DNA of 64,000 bases from Alphaproteobacteria bacterium (lineage in GTDB: Bacteria > Pseudomonadota > Alphaproteobacteria > UBA8317), in contig JAYPQH010000018.1 in the NCBI GenBank assembly GCA_038131935.1, positions 64,001 through 128,000 of the forward strand, written 5' to 3'. Position numbers and translations under genes: made by a program. The notes beneath the pieces are model-generated. The model was not told the origin of the DNA, made no database searches, and saw only the letters and a program-made list of their open reading frames with translations. Shown here piece by piece: positions 9,995 to 20,793 of this stretch; within the stretch, counting starts at the first letter, position 1, and each line of letters starts with the position of its first letter.

Positions 9995-11344
9995 TTATGG
10001 GTTAAGCCTCACCAAATCATCTGAGGATATCACCCGATCGGGTTGGAACGTTTTCTCATCAGGATTACCGGCAGCCACCATTAGGGGAATTTTGTCACGC
10101 AGCAAACGTGCCGCAACTGCTTTGATATCATCGATTTGAATTTGAGCCACCAAATCATTACGCACCTCATGATAATTCAATGGCAACTTGGATATTTGGA
10201 TGCCCATAAGATGTTGCGCAATTTTGCCATTGGCATCAAAGCGCAAAGGGTATGAACCTATGATATTGTTCTTTGCGGCACGAAGTTCTTCCTCTGTGAC
10301 ACCATTGGTGGCTACCTCTTCCAATACCTGACGGGCAACATCGTAAGCTTCTAGCACCGCATCATTTCGGGTTGCAAAATACACCATCAAGGTAGCCGTT
10401 TCCTGTGTAGGGGATAAAAAACTTGCCGCTGAGTATGCCAATCCGCGTTCTTCTCGAATTTCTTTTGTTAAACGTGAGGAAAAACCACCACCGCCCAAGA
10501 CATGATTCATAACATAGGCCGCCATAAAGTCCGGATCATCACGCATCAACCCAGGATATGCCATGACCACGGTGGTCTGCGGCACTGCCTGAGGAACCAA
10601 TAGGCGCAAACCTTCAGCTTGCATCAGATGAGGTCCATCAGATTGAAATGGCACACCCACGGGTAATGTCTGAGCCAATTTTGTAACAATGCGTTCAGCA
10701 TCCGCCTTTGTGATGGCACCAGCCAAAGATATCATGAGCTTTTGTGATTGTATTTGCTCAGCGACAAACGCCCGGACTTTATCAGCATTCAACCCTTCAA
10801 GGGAGGTTTCTGTCTGGGTTCTTCCTTGAGACAAGCCTTGGAATGCCGTTCTGGCCAGCGCCGTGAAAGCGAGCGACTGGGGGTCCACCATTCTACGTTT
10901 CAATCCAGCAATCATCTGGGCTTTGCCACGTTCTATGTCATCTTCATGAAAATGTGCCTCACGTAGCATCGTGACCGCCAACAAGACAGCTTCATCAACC
11001 GCATCAGCGACAGTCGTGATTGAGACGCTAAATCCGTCGCGCTCATTATCCATACTGATACTGGCACCAAGTTCGACCATTTTGTTGGCCAGTCCCTCGG
11101 CATCATAACCACCTGCACCTTCCAGCATGGTCATGGCGGCCAATTCACCTACCCCTTCATCACCTGGGGCAACAAGCCGTTTTCCTCCCATAAACACCAT
11201 ACGCAAAGCCACCACCGGCACCGTATGATCAGAGCTCAACAGGGCCGTCAGGCCATCAGATTCAACTTTTTGCACCTGCATTGCCTGTACCCCACCGCAT
11301 AAAACACTCAAAAAAAGCCAAAGATATGCCCATGATATTTTCAT
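9995..11344 (-). CDS. M16 family peptidase, non-catalytic subunit with signal peptide
   Basis: M16 fold motifs (VLGGGGFSSRL, REERGLAY). Lacks HxxEH. Coupled to the active subunit. Confidence 0.88.
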   Translation of the reverse strand: MKISWAYLWLFLSVLCGGVQAMQVQKVESDGLTALLSSDHTVPVVALRMVFMGGKRLVAPGDEGVGELAAMTMLEGAGGYDAEGLANKMVELGASISMDNERDGFSVSITTVADAVDEAVLLAVTMLREAHFHEDDIERGKAQMIAGLKRRMVDPQSLAFTALARTAFQGLSQGRTQTETSLEGLNADKVRAFVAEQIQSQKLMISLAGAITKADAERIVTKLAQTLPVGVPFQSDGPHLMQAEGLRLLVPQAVPQTTVVMAYPGLMRDDPDFMAAYVMNHVLGGGGFSSRLTKEIREERGLAYSAASFLSPTQETATLMVYFATRNDAVLEAYDVARQVLEEVATNGVTEEELRAAKNNIIGSYPLRFDANGKIAQHLMGIQISKLPLNYHEVRNDLVAQIQIDDIKAVAARLLRDKIPLMVAAGNPDEKTFQPDRVISSDDLVRLNP

Positions 11345-12705
11345 GGCTGCTCGTCCTTCATCAGAAAGCCGGTCACCGACTGATCGGTTTTGACCACCTC
11401 TTGGGCCACCTTGGCCATGATTTCAGCGGTCACCTGTTTGATCCGAACGGGCCAATGGGACACATCATCCACATCACCACCTAAGGTCAGTGTGCGCGCA
11501 TACATGTCCCCTAAGGCCCCGACACTATCAAGGCCCAACAAAGCCCCTCCTGCTAAAGCTTTTTTGTCCAATTCAATCCGCTCAGGTTCAAATGTTTCTT
11601 GAACGGTTTGTTGAAGAAATTCCATAACATCATGATGCAAATCTTGAGGACTTACCCCCTCAACAGGAACCCCATAGACCACCAGATGACCATGATCACG
11701 GTAACGCCCCATGTAATAGACGCCCAATGACAACGCTGTTTTACGTTGGCGCACAAATTCCCGATGCAGCAGACCCGTGGGGTCATTTCCTAAATACCTG
11801 GCCAATATCTCCAATGCATGGGCTTCAACACCTGTTGCTGTAAAATAACTTGGGGCTGAAAAATAAGTTGTAAATTGTGGATTTCCGACACGTTTGTCTG
11901 TCATTGACACCACACGCGCAGCACGCAGTGGTGGCTCTGTGGGACGTTGATGCGCCATCACAGGCGTTTCCGAAGTGACATGGCCATAAGTCGCTTCAGC
12001 CAAGGCCAAGGCATCCTCCCCCGAAATATCACCTGCGACCACCAGTACCGCATTTCGGGGATGATAGAACTTCTTGTAAAAGGCCATAGCATCTTCAAGA
12101 TTTAGCTTTTCGATCTCCGAGCGCCAACCTATTAAGGGACGGCCATAAGGATGATTACGGTAAACCGTAGCATTCAATTCTTCGTAAAATAGAGATACCG
12201 CTCGAGAGTCTGTTCTTGTCGAGCGTTCCTCAAGAACCACGTCGCGTTCGGAGGCAACATCTTCTGGAAATAGCTGCAGATTAACCATTCGATCTGCTTC
12301 CATAGCCATAACTTTTTCAAGATGTGCAATGGGAATTCTTTGGTAATAAGCCGTCGCGTCGGCGGAGGTAAATGCGTTGTCTCGCCCCCCCATGTCGGCA
12401 ATGATTTTTGAAAATTGAGCATCAGGAATTGTCTTGGTTCCCTTAAACATCAGATGCTCCAAAAAGTGCGCCAATCCCGTTTTTCCAGCTTCTTCATCAG
12501 CAGCCCCAACTTTATAATACACAGCATGATAGGCCACAGGCGCCCGACGGTCCGTGATCACAATCATCGACATTCCATTGCTCAGCTGCGCGATAAACGG
12601 GCGCGGCAAGGGCTCAAAACGGCCATCCGCATGGGCCAACCCTTGATGCAAAATGACCATCATTACCCCCCAAACGATTGACAAAAGTCTACCCAAAACA
12701 GTCAT
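11341..12705 (-). CDS. M16 family (pitrilysin-like) zinc peptidase, catalytic subunit
   Basis: GLAHFLEHLMFKGT inverted zinc motif, NAFTS, ERDVVLEER, HPYGRP. Confidence 0.93.
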   Translation of the reverse strand: MTVLGRLLSIVWGVMMVILHQGLAHADGRFEPLPRPFIAQLSNGMSMIVITDRRAPVAYHAVYYKVGAADEEAGKTGLAHFLEHLMFKGTKTIPDAQFSKIIADMGGRDNAFTSADATAYYQRIPIAHLEKVMAMEADRMVNLQLFPEDVASERDVVLEERSTRTDSRAVSLFYEELNATVYRNHPYGRPLIGWRSEIEKLNLEDAMAFYKKFYHPRNAVLVVAGDISGEDALALAEATYGHVTSETPVMAHQRPTEPPLRAARVVSMTDKRVGNPQFTTYFSAPSYFTATGVEAHALEILARYLGNDPTGLLHREFVRQRKTALSLGVYYMGRYRDHGHLVVYGVPVEGVSPQDLHHDVMEFLQQTVQETFEPERIELDKKALAGGALLGLDSVGALGDMYARTLTLGGDVDDVSHWPVRIKQVTAEIMAKVAQEVVKTDQSVTGFLMKDEQP

Positions 12706-12820
12706 AGCCCCCCCACAACATTTTGATGGAACTGCTTCACCACCGCCTATTCATGTGGGCAGGACACTAAAGAAAACAAGACTCGCTGTGACAAGTTTCA
12801 CCGCAAGATGTTAGAATTTT

Positions 12821-13327
12821 TCACTTGGTTGGAAGCGCCGGGACATCACCTTGATCGAGCGGCTGGCCATCACGCTTTTGTTGTTCAATGCGTGCGCGCT
12901 CCTTGGTGGTGTCAACAACAGCGTTTGTTACCCCAACACGGCCCAAGGCTTTATCCAGAACAGTCTTTCCACGAGCCTCAATACGGGCTGTTTCTTTGTC
13001 TATCTCAGCGCGGATATTGCCGTCTAATTTGTCGACGCCTAAGCGTTGTAACAACCGCATCTCTGCAGCAGATAGATCTTTTTGTTCAGTTTGCCCTAGG
13101 ATTTCTGAAGTTTTCCTGTCTGCAGCTGAGGGCATGTATTGCACAGGGGTCTCTACATCATTTGGCCTTAATGTATAATCCGGCGGCAAGGTGAGCGGCG
13201 CGCGCGGTTGCACCATGAATTCATCAGGACTGGAACGCTCTAAAAAATTGAACTCCCTCGCCCCGCATGATGCCAATAACATCAAGCAAGACAGAGCCAA
13301 TACCAGGTGAGAAGATCTATTCATCAT
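12821..13327 (-). CDS. DUF3035-family lipoprotein
   Basis: Lipobox LASC, SPDEFMV..RAPLTLPPDYTLRP. Typical position after lspA. Confidence 0.8.
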   Translation of the reverse strand: MMNRSSHLVLALSCLMLLASCGAREFNFLERSSPDEFMVQPRAPLTLPPDYTLRPNDVETPVQYMPSAADRKTSEILGQTEQKDLSAAEMRLLQRLGVDKLDGNIRAEIDKETARIEARGKTVLDKALGRVGVTNAVVDTTKERARIEQQKRDGQPLDQGDVPALPTK

Positions 13328-13803
13328 GTTGTTTTTCTCCATCACGGCTGGGCAAGAGTCCAAGGCTACTGATCAGCAGCAGCATAACCCCCATAGATAT
13401 TCCTATATCAGCAACGTTGAAAGCCCAAAAATGCCACCCTTGAACATGAAAGTCGAGGAAATCAACAACGCCACCATGAACAAACCTATCAAACCCGTTA
13501 CCCCAGGCACCACCTGCTATCAAGCAGTAGCCCCAACGTTCCCAAGATGACGAACCACGTGCCAGCCATATCAATACGCCCCCGACAACCCAGGCCAATG
13601 ATCCCATCAAAAATGGCCCATCCATGTTCTTGCGCCAACATACCGAATGAGACACCTTTGTTGTAGACAAGCACAACATTGAAAAAATCAGTCACCATCC
13701 AATAGGGCATGTCCAATGAGGTAAGCCAAGCAATAACAATCCATTTGCTCAATTGATCGAGCACAAAGACAATCGGCGCAATCAAAATCCAGTAAGGCAA
13801 CAT
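13317..13803 (-). CDS. lspA: Lipoprotein signal peptidase II (one frameshift near 13615, probably a sequencing error)
   Basis: N-half DQLSKW...NKGVSFGML in one frame; C-half GGAWGNGFDR, VVDFLD, AFNVAD in another. Confidence 0.92.
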
Positions 13804-16686
13804 TCAAACCACAGCATCATCACAGCGCCTGCACAAAGATGCCGGCTCAATATGGTCATAATGATGGGGGTGAACATCTGGCGCATGTGTCCAACAACGT
13901 CCACAGCGCTCAGCGTTCACTCCATGCTGCAGACACCTTCAGACCTGAAATATCCTCTACCGAAAATGCAGCCTCGGCATTTCCCTTCTCCCAACGCACT
14001 GAGGAGACCAATGCCAATTCAGCCATGGACATATGCTCCTCTAATGAGGACCAATTCTCGCTATCATACAAAACCAGCTCAGCCTCTAATGCACCACCAA
14101 GAATATTTTGAGAGCGCGCCTCCTCAATAGCTCCCAACATAACCTTCCGTGCTGAAAGCAGACGACCAAAAATTTTATCTGCTTCATCATCACGCAATGC
14201 CTGCCCTAAGTCTGCAAGGTCTGTGAGATGAACAGACGCATCTTCACCGTGGCGTGCCATAAAAGCTTCCTCAGTGGTGAAAGGTAATATGGGTGCCAAC
14301 CAACGCACCAAACGTTCAAACAAGATATCCAAGACATAAAGACAAGCCTGACGACGTGGACTATCCTTAGCGTCGCAGTAAAGCGCATCCTTTCGAATAT
14401 CAAAATACATAGCTGAAAGATCGACCGTGCAAAAATTATAGATGGCATGAAAGGCTTTCGCAAAATCATACTGCACAAAGGCTTTTTGTACCAAATCATC
14501 CAAACCATGAAGCCTATGCAGGATGGCTCTTTCCAAAACCGGCATGTTTGCTGGCTTTTGGTTGGATGGACGATGGCCTCCTAAATTCCCCAAAAGGTAT
14601 CTTAACGTGTTGCGTATTTTTCTATAGGCATCGGTATGTGTTTTAGAATCTCACTGCCAATACGCAGATCTTCACGATAATCTCAAGATGCCAACCATAA
14701 CCGCAAAATATCAGCGCCTGACTCGTTTATAACTTTCTCAGGCGCGGTAATATTTCCTAAACTTTTCGACATCTTGCGGCCTTGTTCATCAAGCACAAAG
14801 CCATGTGTCAAAACTTGCTTGTAAGGCGCCTGACCCCTTGTCCCGCAAGCTTGCAGAAGTGAAGATTGGAACCATCCTCGATGTTGATCTGATCCTTCTA
14901 AGTATAAATCAGCAGGCCATGTAAGATCTTCCCTGGCTTCCAGGACAAATGCATGGGTCGAACCTGAATCGAACCAAACATCAAGAATATCTTTGACCTG
15001 TTCATAATCATCAGGATCATAATTTGGCCCTAAGAAATCTGCAGCTGGTCGGGCAAACCAAGCATCAGAACCTTCTTTGGTAAAGATATCACGAATACGT
15101 TCATATATCTCATCGTCCACCAATAGCTGATGTGTCTTTTTATGCACAAACAGCGGCATCGGTACGCCCCATGCACGCTGCCGGGACAACAACCAGTCTG
15201 GGCGAGATGCCACCATGGTCTGCAAACGCCGACGCCCACTCTCTGGGAAAAAAGCTGTCTGCTCGATAGCCCGTAACGCACGATCACGAACACCATCTTC
15301 GCCTGGTTGCCCCATCGCAATGAACCATTGATCGGTATTGCGGTAAATCAATGGGGCTTTTGAACGCCAGGAATGCGGGTAGGAATGCTTTAACCGACCC
15401 CTGGCCATCAACCTTCCCATTTGCATCAAGGCTGCGATGACCTTTTCATTCGCATCACCTGTTTTGCCTTTTTGGGTATAGACCCTCGCCCCTTCAAATC
15501 CGGGGGCTTCATGGGTGTAGACCCCAGCCTCATCCACAGCCTTAGGCAAGCGGTCTGTACCGCATGCTCTGAAGCGATCTAAGTTGGCCCGGTATAGGGC
15601 GAAGTCATCAATACCATGTCCAGGAGCCATATGCACAAAGCCTGTACCCTGCTCATCAGTCACAAAATCACCGGGCAGCACAGGAACGTCGAAACTATAC
15701 CCGCTCATGCCCTCAGGCCAGTGCCGCAAGGGATGCTCGACTTTGCCGATGGTGCTGGGATCAACATCATGGCAACGCGAATAGGCATCAACACGCGCGG
15801 CAGCGAACGCTGCAGGAGCCAGTTTGTCTGCACATAAAATACGGCTACCGACCTTGAGCCAGTTATCCTCAGCTGCTTGTGTTACTTCATAAAGACCATA
15901 GGAAAGGTCCGCACCATAAGCGATGCCCCTATTGGCAGGTAGTGTCCAAGGTGTTGTTGTCCAAATCACAAGATCTGCATCGGTAAGCCCATCCTCACGC
16001 TTACCGAGGGGAAAGCGCACAAACACCGTGGTTGAGAGGTGCTCATGATATTCCACCTCAGCTTCAGCAAGTGCGGTTTGTTCGACCACAGACCACATCA
16101 CTGGTTTGTCCCCACGATAGAGTTGCCCTGTCCTGGCAAAATGCAGAAGCTCAGATGCAATGGTTGCCTCTGCGGGATAGGTCATGGTGGTGTAAGGAGT
16201 TTCCCAATCACCCAAAACCCCCATGCGTTGGAATTCCGCTGATTGAATGTCTAGCCAATGCTCTGCAAACTGCCGGCATTCACGACGAAATTCAACAATA
16301 TCAACTTCGTTTTTATCTTTGCCTTTCGAACGATAGCCCTCTTCCACCTTCCATTCGATGGGCAAACCATGGCAGTCCCAACCAGGAACATAGTTCGCAT
16401 TTTTTCCCAACATTTGCTGTGATCGGGTGATCATATCTTTCAAAATCTTATTGAGGGCATGTCCTATATGCAGGTGGCCATTGGCATAGGGCGGGCCATC
16501 ATGCAGAACGAAAGGCTCACGTCCTTTTGACTGAGCGCGTTGGCGGGCATAAAGGCCCATATCATCCCAGCGCTTGAGCAATTTTGGTTCTAATTTTGGC
16601 AAGCCTGCCCGCATCGAAAAATCTGTTACAGGCAAATGAATCGTTTGTTTCAGCGGCATACGCCCGTCGTCAGTCATCAAGAACAA
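13804..16686 (-). CDS. ileS: Isoleucine--tRNA ligase (in-frame TGA at 14683-14685 and indels near 14642 and 13920, probably errors)
   Basis: [43 protein letters not shown]. Continuation DYREDLRIG and [15 protein letters not shown]-terminal Zn finger CGRCW...LCRRC ends TGA at 13804. Confidence 0.96.
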
Positions 16687-16835
16687 TCCTTATGTCTTTT
16701 TTTGTGGCTTCCAAAACGTTTCTTGCAGCCCACATGCTCACTATGTTGCGTTGGGCTATAGCAGGGCTAGAATTCACACGACAAGACATCTCGTGGTGGA
16801 AAAGCACTGGCGGACAAATCTAGCTCAACTTGGCA

Positions 16836-17336
16836 TCATAGCGGGGCTTTGGAATTGATTGGCTGTGAAAATTGCAAAGGACAAATCCCAGGAAAATAGA
16901 TCCATGTGTCTTGGGACACTTCTGTCACGAAGCTATCCACCAGCGGTTTACCCGCAGGCTTGGCATAGACGGTGGCCAAATGGCATTGGGGCAAACGTTG
17001 TTTCACAAAAGCAGCTGTGGCGCCACTGTCCACAAGATCGTCGACAACCAAAAGCCCTTTTCCGTCTGGATGTGCATCACACAAATGGGTAGCAATATCC
17101 TTGATCAGTACTGGCTCACGCAACTTTTGATGATCATAAGCAGAGACACCTAAGGTTTCTACAACGCGGATGCCAAGCTCTCGAGCCATAATCGCTGCTG
17201 GTACCAAACCGCCCCTCGTGATTGCGACGATGGCTGTAAATTCTTGACCTGCCAAACGCCAGGCTAATGCCCGAGCGTCTCGATGCAGTTGTTCCCACCC
17301 CACAGGAAAAGCTTTTACCGGTTGTTCATTTTCCAT
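16836..17336 (-). CDS. gpt: Xanthine phosphoribosyltransferase
   Basis: [24 protein letters not shown] motif, [16 protein letters not shown]. The expected FPWD end is disturbed by small indels. Confidence 0.92.
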   Translation of the reverse strand: MENEQPVKAFPVGWEQLHRDARALAWRLAGQEFTAIVAITRGGLVPAAIMARELGIRVVETLGVSAYDHQKLREPVLIKDIATHLCDAHPDGKGLLVVDDLVDSGATAAFVKQRLPQCHLATVYAKPAGKPLVDSFVTEVSQDTWIYFPGICPLQFSQPINSKAPL

Positions 17337-17378
17337 TGTCCCCGCGTCCTCTCTCAATCTTCTATTCAGCACAACTTG

Positions 17379-18257
17379 TTACACGCCCACATAAGCCACC
17401 ATCAATGGCAACCCCAAAATCATCATCACACTTGAGACAAATACGATGCCTGCCACGCGTTCCGGACTTCTATTATAGGTTGTGGCAAAAACAAAATTGA
17501 AGACCGCGACAGGCATGCTAGCTTGCAACAACAATACCCCCCGCATCACCCCATCAATCTCTAGAAAATCGCAAATAAGATGTGCGAGGGTTAAAAAAAC
17601 GACCAACCTTAAGATGGCAAAACCCAAAGCGGGCATGATATCAGAGGGACGCATCCGCGCCAAGGACACCCCTAAAGTCATCAACATCATCGGGATGACA
17701 AAAGATCCAGCCAGGCTCACGGAGTTGGCAATAGCCTGGGGAAGCTCAATTCCCAACAATACCACGGTGATGCCGGCAACGCCTGCATAAGGAAGCGGTA
17801 AGGACACCACAGAGCGCAGCGAGTTTTGTCCTGTGTAAATGGCATTGCCAATGGTGAAAAACATCATGGACTGCACAACAAAAAAGGATATCCCGTAGGC
17901 CAATCCTTCTCCGCCATATGCAAAAAGACAAACGGACAGGCCTAAGTTGCCACCATTGCCGATAACAAATGGACAGAGATAGGTCCTGATTGGCATATTC
18001 AACGACCAAAAAATGATCGCCCCAATAATTCCCCCCCCAACATGCAGCAACACTGAGGCCAACAACATAGCTTCAAGATGTTGAGATGAAATATCGGCCA
18101 TGGCCAACGTAGAAAACACCAAAAAAGGAACACCGACAAAGGTTACGATTTTACCCACAAACACAGTGGGGTAATCTTGCCCTGAGCGTGACCACAGAAA
18201 CCCAATCAAAACCATAAAAAAGGTTGGGAGCACGACAGGAAGTATTTGTTGAACCAT
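17379..18257 (-). CDS. AEC (auxin efflux carrier) family transporter
   Basis: About 10 hydrophobic segments, GNGGNLGL, QASMPVAV. Confidence 0.85.
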   Translation of the reverse strand: MVQQILPVVLPTFFMVLIGFLWSRSGQDYPTVFVGKIVTFVGVPFLVFSTLAMADISSQHLEAMLLASVLLHVGGGIIGAIIFWSLNMPIRTYLCPFVIGNGGNLGLSVCLFAYGGEGLAYGISFFVVQSMMFFTIGNAIYTGQNSLRSVVSLPLPYAGVAGITVVLLGIELPQAIANSVSLAGSFVIPMMLMTLGVSLARMRPSDIMPALGFAILRLVVFLTLAHLICDFLEIDGVMRGVLLLQASMPVAVFNFVFATTYNRSPERVAGIVFVSSVMMILGLPLMVAYVGV

Positions 18258-18438
18258 GATTGGAACCCATTCAAGAAGAGGAGATTGCTGGTAGGACCAA
18301 GCTATCACAGGTTACCCCCAAAGCATGTGCCCAGTGAAATAGCAACATGGCCTCAACATTTTCTATTGCTCTTATCGCCAGTTGCATTAAATACGTACCT
18401 GGCTATTGCCGTTTTCATGAATTACATAGGGAGTTAGC

Positions 18439-19524
18439 ATGGATCGTCGTTCATTTATGAAAGGCGCGGGTCTTGCCGCAGCAAGCACCGCCCTTGTCAC
18501 ACCTGCCATCGCGCAAGAGCGTGTCAGTATCACAATGGTTGCCACTTGGGGTCGCGATTTCCCAGGTCTTGGCACAGGCGCCCAGCGCTTCGCTGCAAGC
18601 CTTTCTGAAGTATCCGATGGCCGTATTCAGGTAGAATACTTTGCTGCCAACGAGCGCGTTGCAGCTTTTGACTCATTTGATGAAGTCGCCTCAGGAAATG
18701 CCCAAGCTTATCACGGTGCTGAATATTATTGGAAAGGTAAGCATCCTGGCTTTGCCTATTTCACAGCGGTACCATTTGGGTTCACAAACTTGGAATTAAA
18801 TGCTTGGATCCGCTATGGTGGTGGTCAAGAATTGTGGGACAAACTTGCTGCTGAATTTGGCACAAAAGCTATGATGTGTGGCAACACAGGCGTTCAGGCT
18901 GGTGGTTGGTTCAACAAGGAAATCAACTCTGGCGAAGATCTCAAAGGTCTTAAGTTCCGTATGCCAGGTCTTGGCGGCGACGTGCTCGGTAAAGTTGGAG
19001 CGTCTCCAGTATCACTTCCAGGTGGTCAAATTTACGAAAACCTCGTTTCTGGTGCCATTGATGGTTGTGAATGGGTAGGACCATGGAATGATGAAGCCAT
19101 GAAGTTCCATGAAGCCGCAAAATATTATTATCTTGCCGGCATGCATGAGCCAGGTGGTTCATTGGCAACAGGCTTTAACCTAGATTTCTGGAACAGCCTC
19201 ACCAACTCAGACCGCGCGATGATTGAGCATTGTGCTGCTGCAGCTAACGACATTATCGCAGCAGAATTCAATGCGAAGAATGGTGACGCATTGGCGCGCT
19301 TGATCAATGATCATGGTGTTCAATTGCGTGAATTCAACGATGATGTATGGGATACATTGGCAGAAGGTGCCGTTGCGGTTCGCGAAGATGTGCGCGCCCA
19401 CTCTCCTTTGGCCAAAGAAATCGATGAAAGCTTTGCAAAAGGCATCCGTGATATCGGCAAATGGTATGCGGATTCCAATGCTGGCTATGTGCGCCAGCGT
19501 CAGCGTATTTTTGGCGAAGGCTAA
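18439..19524 (+). CDS. dctP: TRAP transporter substrate-binding protein (TakP/keto-acid type, Tat signal)
   Basis: MDRRSFMK Tat signal, YYWKGK, VPFG, GNTGVQAGGWF, GLKFRMPGLGG, EWVGP. Confidence 0.92.
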   Translation: MDRRSFMKGAGLAAASTALVTPAIAQERVSITMVATWGRDFPGLGTGAQRFAASLSEVSDGRIQVEYFAANERVAAFDSFDEVASGNAQAYHGAEYYWKGKHPGFAYFTAVPFGFTNLELNAWIRYGGGQELWDKLAAEFGTKAMMCGNTGVQAGGWFNKEINSGEDLKGLKFRMPGLGGDVLGKVGASPVSLPGGQIYENLVSGAIDGCEWVGPWNDEAMKFHEAAKYYYLAGMHEPGGSLATGFNLDFWNSLTNSDRAMIEHCAAAANDIIAAEFNAKNGDALARLINDHGVQLREFNDDVWDTLAEGAVAVREDVRAHSPLAKEIDESFAKGIRDIGKWYADSNAGYVRQRQRIFGEG

Positions 19525-19534
19525 TCATTTTATG

Positions 19535-19561
19535 AGGTGGAACCGATGCGTTCCACCTTTT
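19535..19561 (+). terminator. Intrinsic terminator or stabilising hairpin after dctP
   Basis: AGGTGGAAC-cgatgc-GTTCCACCT, perfect 9-bp stem followed by a short T run. Confidence 0.7.
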
Positions 19562-19732
19562 CCCCAACCGGCGTCCCAGATGACTTGATGGTTGCGACGC
19601 TTTGGGAAAGTGCTTTTTGTAAGCCCTCACTCAAAACAACATGAAGAAAAACAATATGAAGAAAAACCTTGACGAATTTCGTCATATGGTTGTTTAAGCC
19701 TGCCATTCTCTTGTGATCATGGTGACAAACAA

Positions 19733-20761
19733 ATGCCCCAAACACCCGCATCATCGCCACTTATTTGGAAGCCGGTAATTTTATACATTGTCGAAGCCAG
19801 TGCTTGGCTTGCTGTTGTCTACACCATCAACACGATGCTTGTTCATGCAGGAGACTTTCCAGGCTTGTTTGGGATGTTGAAGGCCCTTGGCATGTCAACC
19901 TTAGATGCACAACCACCCTCCAATGGCCTGCACTGGGCTGTAGGGTCCATACAGTTGGCAAGTTATGCTCTGGCTCTCATATGGCCCCTTCAGCAAAATA
20001 AATCTTACGGCAGCCAAACATTAACCGAATGCAAGGAGCGCATGTCTGAATGCGCCAGTTATATCGTTGCGGCAGCCTTTTTTGCAGTGGTGTTGATTGG
20101 TCTGGTTGACGCCATTATTTCCTTCCTGCGGGTCGAGAATTTATTTGTTCCTTTGTTTGGGGAAGCGTTGGACCAACAAATGGGTCGGGCTATTACCCGT
20201 GGGATGTATGTTCAAATGCCATTATTGGCGTTGAGTTTTGTTCTCGCCCTGATGCTCAGAGGTCAGGCTTTTGTTTGGTTGGCCTCGATGGTTGTTTTAT
20301 CTGAACTTACCATTGTTATCTCGCGTTTTGTGTTTTCTTATGAACAAGCCTTCATGGGTGATCTTGTGCGGTTCTGGTATGCTGGCTTGTTTTTGTTTGC
20401 GAGTGCCTACACCTTGCTGCATGATGGCCATGTTCGCGTCGATGTTCTGTATGCACGCTTTTCTGAACAAGCCAAAGCGCGGACCAATATTTTTGGTTCA
20501 CTTCTGCTAGGCCTTCCTCTTTGTTGGGCCATTTTGCTTCGTGGGCTCTGGTCGAAATCTTCGATGATTTCATCACCCTTGACCAATTTTGAAATCTCAC
20601 AATCGGGTGCCGGCATGTTTGTTAAATATCTCATGGCTGGCTTTTTGTTGATTTTTGTTCTTTCGATGTTGTTTCAATTTGCAGGCTTTGTTGCAGACTA
20701 CTTAAGGCGATTTGAGTCTGATTTTGAGCCAGAAGAGGCCCCGACGCCTGTAGCACATTAA
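19733..20761 (+). CDS. dctQ: TRAP small permease with N-terminal membrane extension
   Basis: C-half has YTLLHDGHVRVDVLY DctQ motif. 342 aa, about twice the usual size. Confidence 0.85.
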   Translation: MPQTPASSPLIWKPVILYIVEASAWLAVVYTINTMLVHAGDFPGLFGMLKALGMSTLDAQPPSNGLHWAVGSIQLASYALALIWPLQQNKSYGSQTLTECKERMSECASYIVAAAFFAVVLIGLVDAIISFLRVENLFVPLFGEALDQQMGRAITRGMYVQMPLLALSFVLALMLRGQAFVWLASMVVLSELTIVISRFVFSYEQAFMGDLVRFWYAGLFLFASAYTLLHDGHVRVDVLYARFSEQAKARTNIFGSLLLGLPLCWAILLRGLWSKSSMISSPLTNFEISQSGAGMFVKYLMAGFLLIFVLSMLFQFAGFVADYLRRFESDFEPEEAPTPVAH

Positions 20762-20793
20762 CCCACCACCCCTAAGTTGAGGGATCAGTTTCT

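Noticed and set aside
14683-14685. Alternative genetic code or selenocysteine at TGA
   Set aside because: Single case at a Ser/Thr-type site in an error-rich sequence. Many genes here end at TGA at the expected position.
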